Under the pieces are notes generated by a model. The model was not told the origin of the DNA, did no database searches, and was given only the letters and a program-made list of their open reading frames with translations. From the NCBI GenBank assembly GCA_965224085.1, contig CBDCYI010000005.1:544001-608000 (forward strand): DNA of 64,000 nucleotides, in the 5' to 3' direction. How positions within the stretch are numbered: the stretch's first letter is position 1; every line of letters begins with the position of its first letter. Of this stretch, positions 10,470 to 20,009 are shown piece by piece. Source of the stretch: Candidatus Marinacidobacterales bacterium. GTDB lineage: Bacteria > Acidobacteriota > Vicinamibacteria > Marinacidobacterales > SMYC01. The position numbers and the translations under genes were made by a program.

Positions 10470-12290
10470 TCAAAGACTCGGGCTTGCCTCGACGAAGCCT
10501 TGGCGAAGTCGGGCGATTTCCTGGTCTTTGTACTGCAGCTGATAGAGCTTGTAGTAGATGCCACGCTCGGCAAGAAGCTCCTGATGGGTGCCCACCTCCC
10601 GAACCCGCCCTTTGTGAAGCACAACGATACGATCGGCTCGTTGGATGGTCGAGAGGCGGTGGGCGATCACGATACTCGTTCGGTTCTCGAGCAAGCGCTC
10701 GAGCGCTTCACGGACCAGGATCTCTGTGTGGGTATCGACGTTCGACGTCGCTTCGTCGAGAATCAGGATCTTGGGATCGTGGACGAGGGCGCGCGCGAAA
10801 GAAACGAGTTGTTTCTGCCCCGCGGACATCGAGGCGCCCCGCTCCGCGACTTCCTCGTCGAGACCACGCGGCAGCGTCGCCACCCACTCGTTCAAATTGA
10901 CGACGCGGGCGGCCTCGGCGACGGCTTCATCCGAGATGGACTGGTCCCCGAGGCGAATGTTCGACGCGATGGTCCCCGAGAACAAATGGACGTCCTGAAG
11001 AACCATCCCGAACTGCCGTCGTAGCTTCTTCAGATCCCAGTCGCGCACGTCCACGTCGCCCACAACCACCTGTCCCTTTTGGGCATCATAGAGACGCATG
11101 AGCAGGCTCGTGAGCGTCGACTTCCCAGCGCCAGTATGCCCTACGACCGCGACCGTCTCACCCGGACGGACGGTGAGATCGACGTCTTTCAAGACCCAAT
11201 CCTCACCGTCATAGGCGAATGAAACGTTATCGAAACGGATGTTTCCATCGTCGCGCCCCGCTGCGACGATATTAGATGGCGTGGCAGGGGTTCGAATCTC
11301 GACTTCGGTATCGAGAAGATTGAAGATGCGCTCCGAAGACGCCATCGCGCCTTGCAGTATGTTGAATTTCTCCGAAAGATCGCTAATGGGGCGGAAGAAC
11401 TTCTCCGAGTATTGGATGAACGCGACGAAGCCGCCGAGCGTCAGAGTCCCGAGAAGGAGTTGTCCGCCGCCGTACCAAACGATGAGTCCAATAGCGACGG
11501 CGCTCAAGACTTCCACGACCGGGTAAAAAATCGAGTAGTGAAGGATGGACTCGATATTGGCTTCCGTGTGCTGCCGGTTGAGCTCACTATATTGGCCGAA
11601 CTTGCGCTCTTCCTGACCAAAGAGCTGCACGACCTGCATCCCGACGATGTTCTCCTGGATGAAGGCATTCAGCATGGCGACACGGGTGCGCACTTTGCGG
11701 TAAACCGCCCGAACCCGCCGTTTAAAAATCATCGTCACCACGAAGAGCGCAGGGAGCACCGCGAAAGTCACGAGCGCGAGCTTCCAATCGATGTAGACGA
11801 GGACACCCATAATGCCGAGCAACATGAAGAAATCGCCGAAGATGGTGACGACGCCCGAGGTGAAGAGCTCGTTGAGAGCATCCACATCGGTGGTGACGCG
11901 CGTCACGAGACGCCCCACAGGGTTGCGGTCAAGAAATGACGATTGGAGCTTCTGCAAGTGCGAGAAGATCTCGCGTCGCATATCGGCCAGCACGCGTTGG
12001 CCGGCCAGGTTCATGATGTAGATTTGGAAATATGAGGCAACGAATTGGAGGGCGAGCGCGAGAACGTAGACAGCAGCTATCGTGTTGAGCCCAGACAGGT
12101 TACCGACCGCGATGTAATCGTCGATGGCGATTTTGGTGAGGATGGGGCCGACGAGCTTGAGTGCGGAAGCGACGAGAACCAAGACGAAGGACACCACGAC
12201 CCGAAGCTTGTACGGCCCGAGATAGGCCAAGAGACGGCGCATCAAGCGGCCGTCATATACTTTGCCTAGGGTCTGTTCTTCATTCAGCAT
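10470..12290 (-). CDS. ABC exporter, fused TMD-NBD (MdlB-like)
   Basis: GHTGAGKST, MSAGQKQ, ILDEATS. Confidence 0.93.
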   Translation of the reverse strand: MLNEEQTLGKVYDGRLMRRLLAYLGPYKLRVVVSFVLVLVASALKLVGPILTKIAIDDYIAVGNLSGLNTIAAVYVLALALQFVASYFQIYIMNLAGQRVLADMRREIFSHLQKLQSSFLDRNPVGRLVTRVTTDVDALNELFTSGVVTIFGDFFMLLGIMGVLVYIDWKLALVTFAVLPALFVVTMIFKRRVRAVYRKVRTRVAMLNAFIQENIVGMQVVQLFGQEERKFGQYSELNRQHTEANIESILHYSIFYPVVEVLSAVAIGLIVWYGGGQLLLGTLTLGGFVAFIQYSEKFFRPISDLSEKFNILQGAMASSERIFNLLDTEVEIRTPATPSNIVAAGRDDGNIRFDNVSFAYDGEDWVLKDVDLTVRPGETVAVVGHTGAGKSTLTSLLMRLYDAQKGQVVVGDVDVRDWDLKKLRRQFGMVLQDVHLFSGTIASNIRLGDQSISDEAVAEAARVVNLNEWVATLPRGLDEEVAERGASMSAGQKQLVSFARALVHDPKILILDEATSNVDTHTEILVREALERLLENRTSIVIAHRLSTIQRADRIVVLHKGRVREVGTHQELLAERGIYYKLYQLQYKDQEIARLRQGFVEASPSL

Positions 12291-12316
12291 TCAACACTCA
12301 GGAATATCAAACCGTT

Positions 12317-14053
12317 CTAGATGCGGTTGAGCTCCTCCTCTAGTAGTTGCTTTTCGTACAGGCTGGCGTATAGGCCTCCGTGTTCTATCAGGTGTTCGTG
12401 GGTTCCTCTTTCGACGATTTGACCTTCGTCCAAGACGCAGATTTGGTCGGCGCCTTTTACAGTGCTGATGCGGTGAGACACCAATAACGTCGTTCTTGAT
12501 TTCATTACGCTGCTCAGCTGCGACAGGATGCGTTCTTCGGTCTCGGTGTCGACCGCCGACAAAACGTCGTCGAGAATCAGGATCGGAGGGTCGACGAGAA
12601 GCGCCCTTGCGATCGTGGCACGTTGGCGCTGGCCGCCCGATAAAGTGATGCCGCGCTCACCGACCATCGTGGCGTAGTCGTCCGGAAAATCGGCGATATC
12701 GCCGTCGAGGCCCGCTAAGGTCGCGGCTTCCGCTATCTGGTTATCGCTGACTTCGGCGCGGCCGAAAGCGATGTTCTCTCCGACACTTTCGGAGAAAAGA
12801 AAGCTTTCCTGCGGGACGAAGCCGACCGCGCACCGGAGTGCTTTGAACGAGAGGCGTCGCACGTCGTTGCCGTCGACGAGGACGGCGCCGTCCGTCACGT
12901 CGTAGAGCCTTGCGACGAGCCGGGTCAACGTGCTCTTGCCAGAGCCGGTGCGCCCAACGAACGCCACCGTTTGCCCAGGCTCGATAACGAGATTGATGTC
13001 GCGCAGCACGCGACCGCCATTGCCATCCCCTGCATAGCTGAAGCTCACCTCCCGGAACTCAATGCGGCCCGAGACAGGCTCTTCGAATCGCTCGGGGCCA
13101 TCGCGCAATACGGGCTCTTCGTCGAGAATGGCCGTGAGCCTCTTCATCGACGCGGCCCCGCGCTGATAGATATTGACGACCCAGCCAAGGGCGATCATCG
13201 GCCAACTCAGCATGTTGAGATAGGCGAAAAACGCGACGAGCCCGCCGAGTGTGATCTCCTCGTTCACAACCATAGCTCCACCCCACCAGAGAACGAGCGC
13301 GGTCCCGATGCCAATGAGCGAGGCGAGCAGAGGATGGAAAGCGCCGGAGAGCTTCACGAGCCGCATGATGCGCGCAAAATAGTCCTCGTTCTCGTCCGCG
13401 AACAGTCTGCGCTGGTGATCCTCCTGCGCATAGGCTTTCACAACACGCGTTCCAGACAAATTCTCCTGCGTGAGCGCCGAGATATCGCTCATCTTTTCTT
13501 GAATGGACACGAAGCGTTTGTGGATCGCAGAGCCGAATTTCTTCACCGCGTAAGAAATGAGCGGTAGGACAGCGAGTGCTATGAGGGTGAGCTTCCAGCT
13601 GATCGCGAGCATGAAGCCGAGCGCGCCAACGATGACGATAAGCGTTTCGGCCGGGTACATGATGCCAGGGCCGACCACCATGCGCACAGCGCTGATGTCG
13701 TTCGCAGCGCGTGACATCAAGTCGCCGGTGCGCCAACGCTGGTAAAAGGACGAGCTCAAACTCTGCAGGTGCTCGAAATAATCTCCGCGAAGGTCGTACT
13801 CGACGCGGCGGGAAACGCCGATAAGAAGACGCCGCATCCAGAAACGAAAGAACCCTCCGAAAACGGCAAGCGCTACGATGATACTGGCGTAGAAGGCAAG
13901 CTTCTGCACCGTGACGGCGACGGTGAGGTCGTCGATCGTCAGCCTGAGCACTTGCGGCGTAAGAACCGACGCGGTTTTCGTAAGGACGAGCGCTATCATC
14001 CCGAAAACCATTGCTCTCGGGTAGCGCGCGATATAGGGGAAGAGGCGGCTCAT
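12317..14053 (-). CDS. ABC exporter, fused TMD-NBD (MdlA-like heterodimer partner)
   Basis: GRTGSGKST, LSGGQRQR, degenerate Walker B ILDDVLS; start placed at MSRLFPY. Confidence 0.9.
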   Translation of the reverse strand: MSRLFPYIARYPRAMVFGMIALVLTKTASVLTPQVLRLTIDDLTVAVTVQKLAFYASIIVALAVFGGFFRFWMRRLLIGVSRRVEYDLRGDYFEHLQSLSSSFYQRWRTGDLMSRAANDISAVRMVVGPGIMYPAETLIVIVGALGFMLAISWKLTLIALAVLPLISYAVKKFGSAIHKRFVSIQEKMSDISALTQENLSGTRVVKAYAQEDHQRRLFADENEDYFARIMRLVKLSGAFHPLLASLIGIGTALVLWWGGAMVVNEEITLGGLVAFFAYLNMLSWPMIALGWVVNIYQRGAASMKRLTAILDEEPVLRDGPERFEEPVSGRIEFREVSFSYAGDGNGGRVLRDINLVIEPGQTVAFVGRTGSGKSTLTRLVARLYDVTDGAVLVDGNDVRRLSFKALRCAVGFVPQESFLFSESVGENIAFGRAEVSDNQIAEAATLAGLDGDIADFPDDYATMVGERGITLSGGQRQRATIARALLVDPPILILDDVLSAVDTETEERILSQLSSVMKSRTTLLVSHRISTVKGADQICVLDEGQIVERGTHEHLIEHGGLYASLYEKQLLEEELNRI

Positions 14054-14100
14054 TTTGGCAAAGCGCTGAAGAAACCAGTATAGCGCTTCGCCAGCAATCC

Positions 14101-14130
14101 GCATGCATGCACGCACGCATGCATGCATGC
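14101..14130. repeat. GCAT/GCAC tetranucleotide tract
   Basis: gcatgcatgcacgcacgcatgcatgcatgc, intergenic. Confidence 0.7.
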
Positions 14131-14168
14131 AGCAATCAGGGTTCAGGACCGTGTTTCGGTGTTGTTCT

Positions 14169-15734
14169 CTACTTTGTTAGGGTGAAGCGGAAGCGGACTA
14201 CGTTCGTGGTTTTGGCGGGGACTCGGAAGACCACATGTCTTTGGTCTAGGGTTAGGACTTCGCCGCTTTCTATTCTTAGGGTGCCTGGGATCAGGTTCCG
14301 GGTGGTTTGGAAATTGAAGTGCCAGCGGCCAGGGTCGATGGGTTGAGTCAGGAGGCGGGCTTCTACGATGTTTTCGCCAGGTCGGGCGGTCAGGTGGTGT
14401 TGGTGCGGTGTGGTCCCACTCGTGGTTTCGGCGGTAGAGTCGTTTAGCGATATTTGGGCGCGTTGAGTTTGGTTGCCTTTTGGGAGCTCTAGGTGGCTCG
14501 TGAACGAGACTTCGGTGCGTTTTGTTCTCGACTCTGTTGCGGCGACGCTTTGGCCTTCGACCACGATGAACTGCGTGGTCGTGTCTTGCCTTCCCTCTCC
14601 GTTGGTCACGGTCAGTCTCACGCCGTAGATGTCGGGCTTTGCGAATTGTCGTGAGACAAAGACGCCTTCGGCGCCCGGACGGCCATCACCGAAGTCCCAC
14701 TCATAATTCGTGATCGCTGAGGCGCCACCGTCACGATCGCCAACCGAGCACTCCCCATTGAAGTTGATGGACTCGTTGGCCGCGATCCGTGGGGGGTCTG
14801 GCGTCGGGGTGAAACAGGCGACGGGAGTCGCGCGCACGCGGACGACGCGTGAGGTGTTGTCGGTTCTTTGTCCCTCGCTCACCGTGAGCCGGACCGAGTA
14901 GATCCCTCCCGGCCGAAAGAGATGCTCCACGCTCGAGCCCGTTGCGGTCTGCCCGTCTCCGAAATCCCAGGTGTAGGCCATAACACTCGCCGGCGTGGTG
15001 CACGATGCGTCGAAGAGGATCGTTTCTCCGGACTCGATATCCGGGATCGGGTCGGGCGTGAAACAAGCTCGAATCGCGCCGGGAGGTTCGGGTGTTGCTC
15101 CGCCATCCTGCGGTGACTCTTCTCCGGCGATCACGAGCGCAGCCACACCCGCCCCCGCGCCGGCAGCCGCAAGGACGCCTAGCGTCGTGCCAGACCACGT
15201 GCCACCCGCTCGAATCCCGTCGGAGCTGAAACCGTTCGGGAACTCGCTCTGATCGCTCGCCGTGCGTTCGACGCGAACGTCGTCGGTGACCGCGCTCGGG
15301 GCGGTTCGGGCGCCGGGGCAGCCCCCCATCAACACGTTGACCATGTGTACCGGCGACTGAAATTCGGGCGCGCTCGACTCAATAACATAGAGGACACGGG
15401 CGGCCTCGGGAAACGGCTTGGGAAGAGCGACTTGAAACAAAGCCCCGCTTGGAGGCCGGAACACGACCTCGTACCAACCTGAGTCCGTCTCCGCCTTGAA
15501 TCGAACTTTGAGTCCGCGAATCACCCGCGCCGCTTCCGCACTCGACGTCCGAGCTTCGATCAGCGGAAACGCTTCGGTATCCATGCACGGGGCGGGGCTG
15601 TGCTCGATCGGCTGCGCGAAGCTCGGTGAGCCTGCGGCCAAGAGAGCGACACTGAGGGTCACTAGGGTGATTCTGGGCGAAGCCGCGGTCAAGAGAGCGA
15701 CACCGGTAAGGGGCACTAGGGTGATTCTTGCCAT
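14169..15734 (-). CDS. Exported protein with two PKD domains
   Basis: Signal-like N-terminus MARITLV...; YTWDFGDG and YEWDFGDG, G.Y.VRLTV; overlaps the upstream stop. Confidence 0.8.
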   Translation of the reverse strand: MARITLVPLTGVALLTAASPRITLVTLSVALLAAGSPSFAQPIEHSPAPCMDTEAFPLIEARTSSAEAARVIRGLKVRFKAETDSGWYEVVFRPPSGALFQVALPKPFPEAARVLYVIESSAPEFQSPVHMVNVLMGGCPGARTAPSAVTDDVRVERTASDQSEFPNGFSSDGIRAGGTWSGTTLGVLAAAGAGAGVAALVIAGEESPQDGGATPEPPGAIRACFTPDPIPDIESGETILFDASCTTPASVMAYTWDFGDGQTATGSSVEHLFRPGGIYSVRLTVSEGQRTDNTSRVVRVRATPVACFTPTPDPPRIAANESINFNGECSVGDRDGGASAITNYEWDFGDGRPGAEGVFVSRQFAKPDIYGVRLTVTNGEGRQDTTTQFIVVEGQSVAATESRTKRTEVSFTSHLELPKGNQTQRAQISLNDSTAETTSGTTPHQHHLTARPGENIVEARLLTQPIDPGRWHFNFQTTRNLIPGTLRIESGEVLTLDQRHVVFRVPAKTTNVVRFRFTLTK

Positions 15735-18391
15735 GCGACACGAAACCCGACAACGCTTTCCTTGGCCTCGGGATGCAGAAAATTGCGACCCGCCGCCGAC
15801 AGATAGCGCTCGTCGTTGAAATAGGACCCGCCTTTCAACACACGCGTATGGGTCGTAAGGGGGCCCATGGGATTGACCGGCGTCGTGTTTTGCCGTGTTG
15901 GCGTCGAGCCGTCCTGGCACCACTCCCACACGTTGCCCGCCATATCGTAGAGCCCTTCCGGCGTCGCGCCGTCTTCAAAAGAGCCGACCGGCCTCGTGCC
16001 GCCATCCTGCCTGCGATTGACGTTGAAGTTGGCCGTGGCCGCGGTGGGAGCCCGCTCCCCCCAAGGATAAGGCCGCCCGGACGGGCCGCGGGCCGCGAAC
16101 TCCCACTGGGCCTCGGTGGGTAGATTGCCGCCGAGCCAAGCGGCATAGGCCATCGCTTCGTACCAGCTCACTCGCGTCACCGGATGGTCGTCGGGCGCTT
16201 CCGGATCATATTTCGGATCGAATCGCCGGTACTCGGAATTCGTAACCTCGGTGCGCTGAATGGAGAACCGGGAGACCCGCACCTGCCAGCCACCGTCATC
16301 CGCGGTCATCCCCAAGTCGAAGGCACCGCCCGCGAACGAGACACGCCGAAGCCCGACCGAACTGGGCGGTGCGGCGTAACCCGCCTCTTCGCAGAACCGC
16401 TTGACGAGCATGTTCCGAAGCTCCCGCTGTCGCTGTGTGGACGGCTCCCGTTCCAACGCGTCCAAAGCGACGAGAAGCGGGACGAACTCTCTCGCGGAGG
16501 CAAACCATCGCTCGTCGACACGCGCCAAAACTGCGTTCGAATCCTGGCTTCCCCTCACGAGGATATCCAAAGCTCCCACGACTTCCCCCGGGTCGCGGCT
16601 AGAAAGCCGTATCCGAAGAGCCTCGACCAGAGCATTGTTCGTCTCTTGAACTTGTTTTTCGCTGTCCTCGATCTCTTCTTGACGCTCCTCTGCAAGGCTC
16701 CGTTGCCGATCCGCTAGATTTCTCTGGAGTCGCGCGTCCTCGGCCGCGCTCTCGGCATCCGCCCGCGCGCTCACCGCCCCCTGCCGCTGCAAAACGGCCT
16801 CCTCACGCTGCGCATCGGCGATGCCCTTCAAGCGGGACGCTTCGGCCGCGGCTTGCTCGGCAAGCTCGCGCGTGTTCTCCGCCTCTCGCTGCTGACGTTC
16901 GGCCTCACGCCGCTCGGCTTCCGCGATGCCACGTTGCTCTGAAGCTTCCGACGCAGCTTTCTCGGCAGCCTCTTTCGCCGCCGCGAGCGCATCGGCTTGC
17001 TTCTGCGCGAAATAGGCCCAGGCCATGCCGCCGAGTGCACCCACCGCGAGCACGAAAACAAGGAATAGAATAGCGGCTGTCTTCAGGCTCTTTCGGTGAC
17101 GCTCCTCCACTTCGCGCACCGCCTCGGCTTCTCGCGCGCGACGGCGGCGCTCGTCCCGGCTAGTCGTCACTACTCCGGTGAGAAGGTCGTGGGTGAGCTC
17201 CAGAAGCTGCAAGCGCCCTCGCTCCTCGACACGCACGAGCCGCCGTCGTACCAGCTCTTCGATGTCGTCCTTCGTCACTCCCGGAACGCTCAAAGCTTCG
17301 TCATACACGACAAGATTGCGAAAGCCGCGCCTCGTGAGAAGTTTTTCCTCGACGAAAGTGCGAACCGACTCGCTGAGATCCGCGACGCTACGCTCGTAGA
17401 AACCGTGGAGGACCTGCTCTTGCGAACCCTCGACCATCTCGCCAGTGATCCGGGACTCGCGCCGTTCCTGGCGCTGGCTGTTCAGCTCTTGGCAGACGAC
17501 GCTCAAGAGTGCAGGCTCGACTTCGAGGTCAACGAGCTCCTCGTCTTTCTTCGCAGCGGCGACGAAACGCACGATGCTTTCGGCGACGTCAGGAGCGATG
17601 ATCTCCGGTGCCTGGTTGACCACCTGAAGGGCAGCCACACCGTTCATGCGTCCGAGACGAAAACGGTTATGGGCGATTCTGCCCATGCGCTCCCCGAGAC
17701 CTTCGAGGTCCGGAAGAAAATCCTCGCGGAGCGTCAAAAGAACTTTGTATCGGTGGCGGTCGAAAGCAAAACGGTCTGCTTCGCTCTTCTCCTGATTCGG
17801 GGGCTCCATCTCGAGCCGTGACTTCAGCTGCACCGGCGGCCGCCCTTCGACGAGGTCAGCGAGCTCAATGATGAACGCGTGCGTCGCTTGAGAGCGCGCC
17901 GGGTCGCGCTCTCCGAACGTGAAGACCTCTTCGAACTGGTCAAAGACGAGCAGAGGCCTCAAGACCTGATGCCGTGGGCTCCAAAACTCGACGTCGCTAC
18001 GGTGAAAATATTCCCAGAGCGTTTCTTTCGTGAGCGGCTCGGGTGCTTCGACGCGCGCATGGGCCGTCGCCTGCACGACGGCGTTCTTCACTTGAGCGAT
18101 AAGATTGGGTTTACTAGGCGAATAGTCTAGACGGATATAGACGGGGAACACGTTCTCGCGCCGAAGACGCGGGAAGAGTCCAGCCTGAAGAATCGAGGAC
18201 TTGCCGAGTCCCGAAGGCGAGAAGAGGATGGTTAGACGCTCGCGCTCCACCCGCCGAACGAGCATCTCGGACTCGAACTTGCGCCCGTGAAAATACCTCC
18301 AGTCGTCCTCGCCAAAGGGCAGCAGCCCCGGCCACGGATTTTCGTCGCTGAGCCCGACCCCGGCCGGAAGTGAGGAGGATTCGACGTTCAT
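15716..18391 (-). CDS. nSTAND1 NTPase + TM + coiled coil + FGE-sulfatase (SUMF1-like) domain protein
   Basis: NPWPGL...YFHGR, SPSGLGKSS, LVFDQFEEVF, ELTHDLL; TM AAILFLVFVLAVG; TEVTN, LPTEAQWEFAARG, GLYDMAGNVWEW, GFRV. Confidence 0.88.
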   Translation of the reverse strand: MNVESSSLPAGVGLSDENPWPGLLPFGEDDWRYFHGRKFESEMLVRRVERERLTILFSPSGLGKSSILQAGLFPRLRRENVFPVYIRLDYSPSKPNLIAQVKNAVVQATAHARVEAPEPLTKETLWEYFHRSDVEFWSPRHQVLRPLLVFDQFEEVFTFGERDPARSQATHAFIIELADLVEGRPPVQLKSRLEMEPPNQEKSEADRFAFDRHRYKVLLTLREDFLPDLEGLGERMGRIAHNRFRLGRMNGVAALQVVNQAPEIIAPDVAESIVRFVAAAKKDEELVDLEVEPALLSVVCQELNSQRQERRESRITGEMVEGSQEQVLHGFYERSVADLSESVRTFVEEKLLTRRGFRNLVVYDEALSVPGVTKDDIEELVRRRLVRVEERGRLQLLELTHDLLTGVVTTSRDERRRRAREAEAVREVEERHRKSLKTAAILFLVFVLAVGALGGMAWAYFAQKQADALAAAKEAAEKAASEASEQRGIAEAERREAERQQREAENTRELAEQAAAEASRLKGIADAQREEAVLQRQGAVSARADAESAAEDARLQRNLADRQRSLAEERQEEIEDSEKQVQETNNALVEALRIRLSSRDPGEVVGALDILVRGSQDSNAVLARVDERWFASAREFVPLLVALDALEREPSTQRQRELRNMLVKRFCEEAGYAAPPSSVGLRRVSFAGGAFDLGMTADDGGWQVRVSRFSIQRTEVTNSEYRRFDPKYDPEAPDDHPVTRVSWYEAMAYAAWLGGNLPTEAQWEFAARGPSGRPYPWGERAPTAATANFNVNRRQDGGTRPVGSFEDGATPEGLYDMAGNVWEWCQDGSTPTRQNTTPVNPMGPLTTHTRVLKGGSYFNDERYLSAAGRNFLHPEAKESVVGFRVAWQESP

Positions 18392-19728
18392 GCAAGACTC
18401 GCGCTGCGATAGCTACGCTGAAACTGTACGACCTTCTCCACGAACTCGGAGCTCGGCCCGCCGTGCGGGAGGCTCTCCCACGGGGGCGCGCCGAAGTCGT
18501 TCGGGAGCACGTCTTCTGACGTCCGGACATCATCGACCGCAACCGGAAGAATGAACGGTCCCGAAGGCACTAGTCCTTTAGCCTCCAATATAGCCTCGAC
18601 CCAGTCGGGGCGGAAAAAGCGTCTCCGCGCGGTCGAAGCCCGCCGCGAAAGCACCGGCACGAAGAGCGCACAGCTGGTGACCACGTTTCGGAGCTTTCGC
18701 TCCCACTTGCCGCCCATATCCAAATCGTCATTGCCGAAGATGACATCCACTCCGGCCCGATCGAGAGCGTCGCGAATCGACTCGGCCGCGTCGCGATCGG
18801 CCTCCGCGTAGCTCACGAACACCGCCCCGGATTGCATGCCGGACGAGGCGACCAACGACAAGATGGAAGACGGCGGCTCGGACTCCTCGATCGGCGCGGA
18901 ATCGTGGACACGCCGGGAAAGCTCGTCGATGAAATCCAAAGCGCCCGCAGCGTGGAAGATCTTCGCGCCTCCTCCGAAATGCTGCAGCAAAACAACGTCT
19001 CCTCGCACGGAATTCTGTCCCCTCGTGGGGACCAAGTCGACTTTCGCCTCCAGGCGGCGGCCGCTCTTCGTATGACCCACGAAGAAGTTGATGAGCCAAT
19101 CGTCGAAACGGCTCCCAAGGACCAGAAGGTTGCTTCTCTTGAGCTTGTCCAGCAAGAGATTCGGAGCGTCCTCGCCTTTCGACTGCAAGAGCCGGACGAA
19201 CTCGCCAATATCTTCCCGGGTAACAGCGTAGCTCTGCGGCGTCGCCGAGAGACGGCCGAGTAGATGAAACACCGCGGGCCGGTTCAAGCGGTCGAACTCC
19301 CGAGGAAGATCCTGTTTGTCTGTGGGCGCATGGGTAAAAACGAGCGTTTGCCGCTGCTCGTCGAACCGTTCCTGATTGATCGCCCGCTCGATCAAGAAGT
19401 CAAACGTTGTCGTGACGTAAAGCTTGAAACTCGTGATCCGAGCAAGCTTCAACAGTGGCTCGGGCACCGCAAGCCCGTCGAGCTCCCGCAGCACGACGCG
19501 AAGACCGTGGTAGAGGTCCTGAACGTCGTTTGAGCCAGCAAGATAGCGCCGCGCCACCTCAAAGAGCTCTTCCCTGGCAGGCAAATCCCGCGCTGACACA
19601 CCCAAATACTCGGCAAGCCGCTCCGCAAGAAACGGATAAAGAAGCCTCTGGTCCCCCTCGTTCTCCACGAAAAGAAGATCCTGCCCCACCACCGGGACCA
19701 CCGACTCCTCTTCAACGAGCTGGATCAA
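18388..19728 (-). CDS. SIR2-like + TIR domain protein
   Basis: VVPVVG, YVTTTFD, VFHLLG, LLVLGSRFDDWL (SIR2_2-like); VFVSYA...DRDAA..IRDAL...GVDV...CALFVPVLS (TIR_2); ATGA overlap with the next gene. Confidence 0.85.
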   Translation of the reverse strand: MIQLVEEESVVPVVGQDLLFVENEGDQRLLYPFLAERLAEYLGVSARDLPAREELFEVARRYLAGSNDVQDLYHGLRVVLRELDGLAVPEPLLKLARITSFKLYVTTTFDFLIERAINQERFDEQRQTLVFTHAPTDKQDLPREFDRLNRPAVFHLLGRLSATPQSYAVTREDIGEFVRLLQSKGEDAPNLLLDKLKRSNLLVLGSRFDDWLINFFVGHTKSGRRLEAKVDLVPTRGQNSVRGDVVLLQHFGGGAKIFHAAGALDFIDELSRRVHDSAPIEESEPPSSILSLVASSGMQSGAVFVSYAEADRDAAESIRDALDRAGVDVIFGNDDLDMGGKWERKLRNVVTSCALFVPVLSRRASTARRRFFRPDWVEAILEAKGLVPSGPFILPVAVDDVRTSEDVLPNDFGAPPWESLPHGGPSSEFVEKVVQFQRSYRSASLA

Positions 19729-19867
19729 CTGCTCCCAAAAAAGCTCAGAATGAACGATCGCAAACCTCCTCCACGCTTCTAGTGCTCAATGCTCGCTCTC
19801 TCTTGACCTTGCCCCGAGCTCGCCCGGCGTGCCGTCGGCCCATTCGGGCCGGAGGAGCGAAGCGAGC

Positions 19868-19901
19868 AGCAGGGTGCAGATGACTTTTTCAGCACCCTGC
19901 T
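19868..19901. repeat. Inverted repeat resembling an IS/MITE end
   Basis: AGCAGGGTGC...GCACCCTGCT 10-bp stem; minus strand reads CTAGCAGGGTGCTGAAAAAGTC. Confidence 0.4.
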
Positions 19902-20009
19902 AGTCCGTTCCAAAGGACTCTACCGAACCAGAACCCCCCCCCGCGCAAACCCATTACCCCAAAGCCTCCCGTCCCTTTTTGCGTGCCTTTCGTGGCATCT
20001 CGGCTTCGT

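Noticed and set aside
15716-16300. FGE/CLec domain as a DGR target
   Set aside because: No template repeat or reverse transcriptase seen in the window
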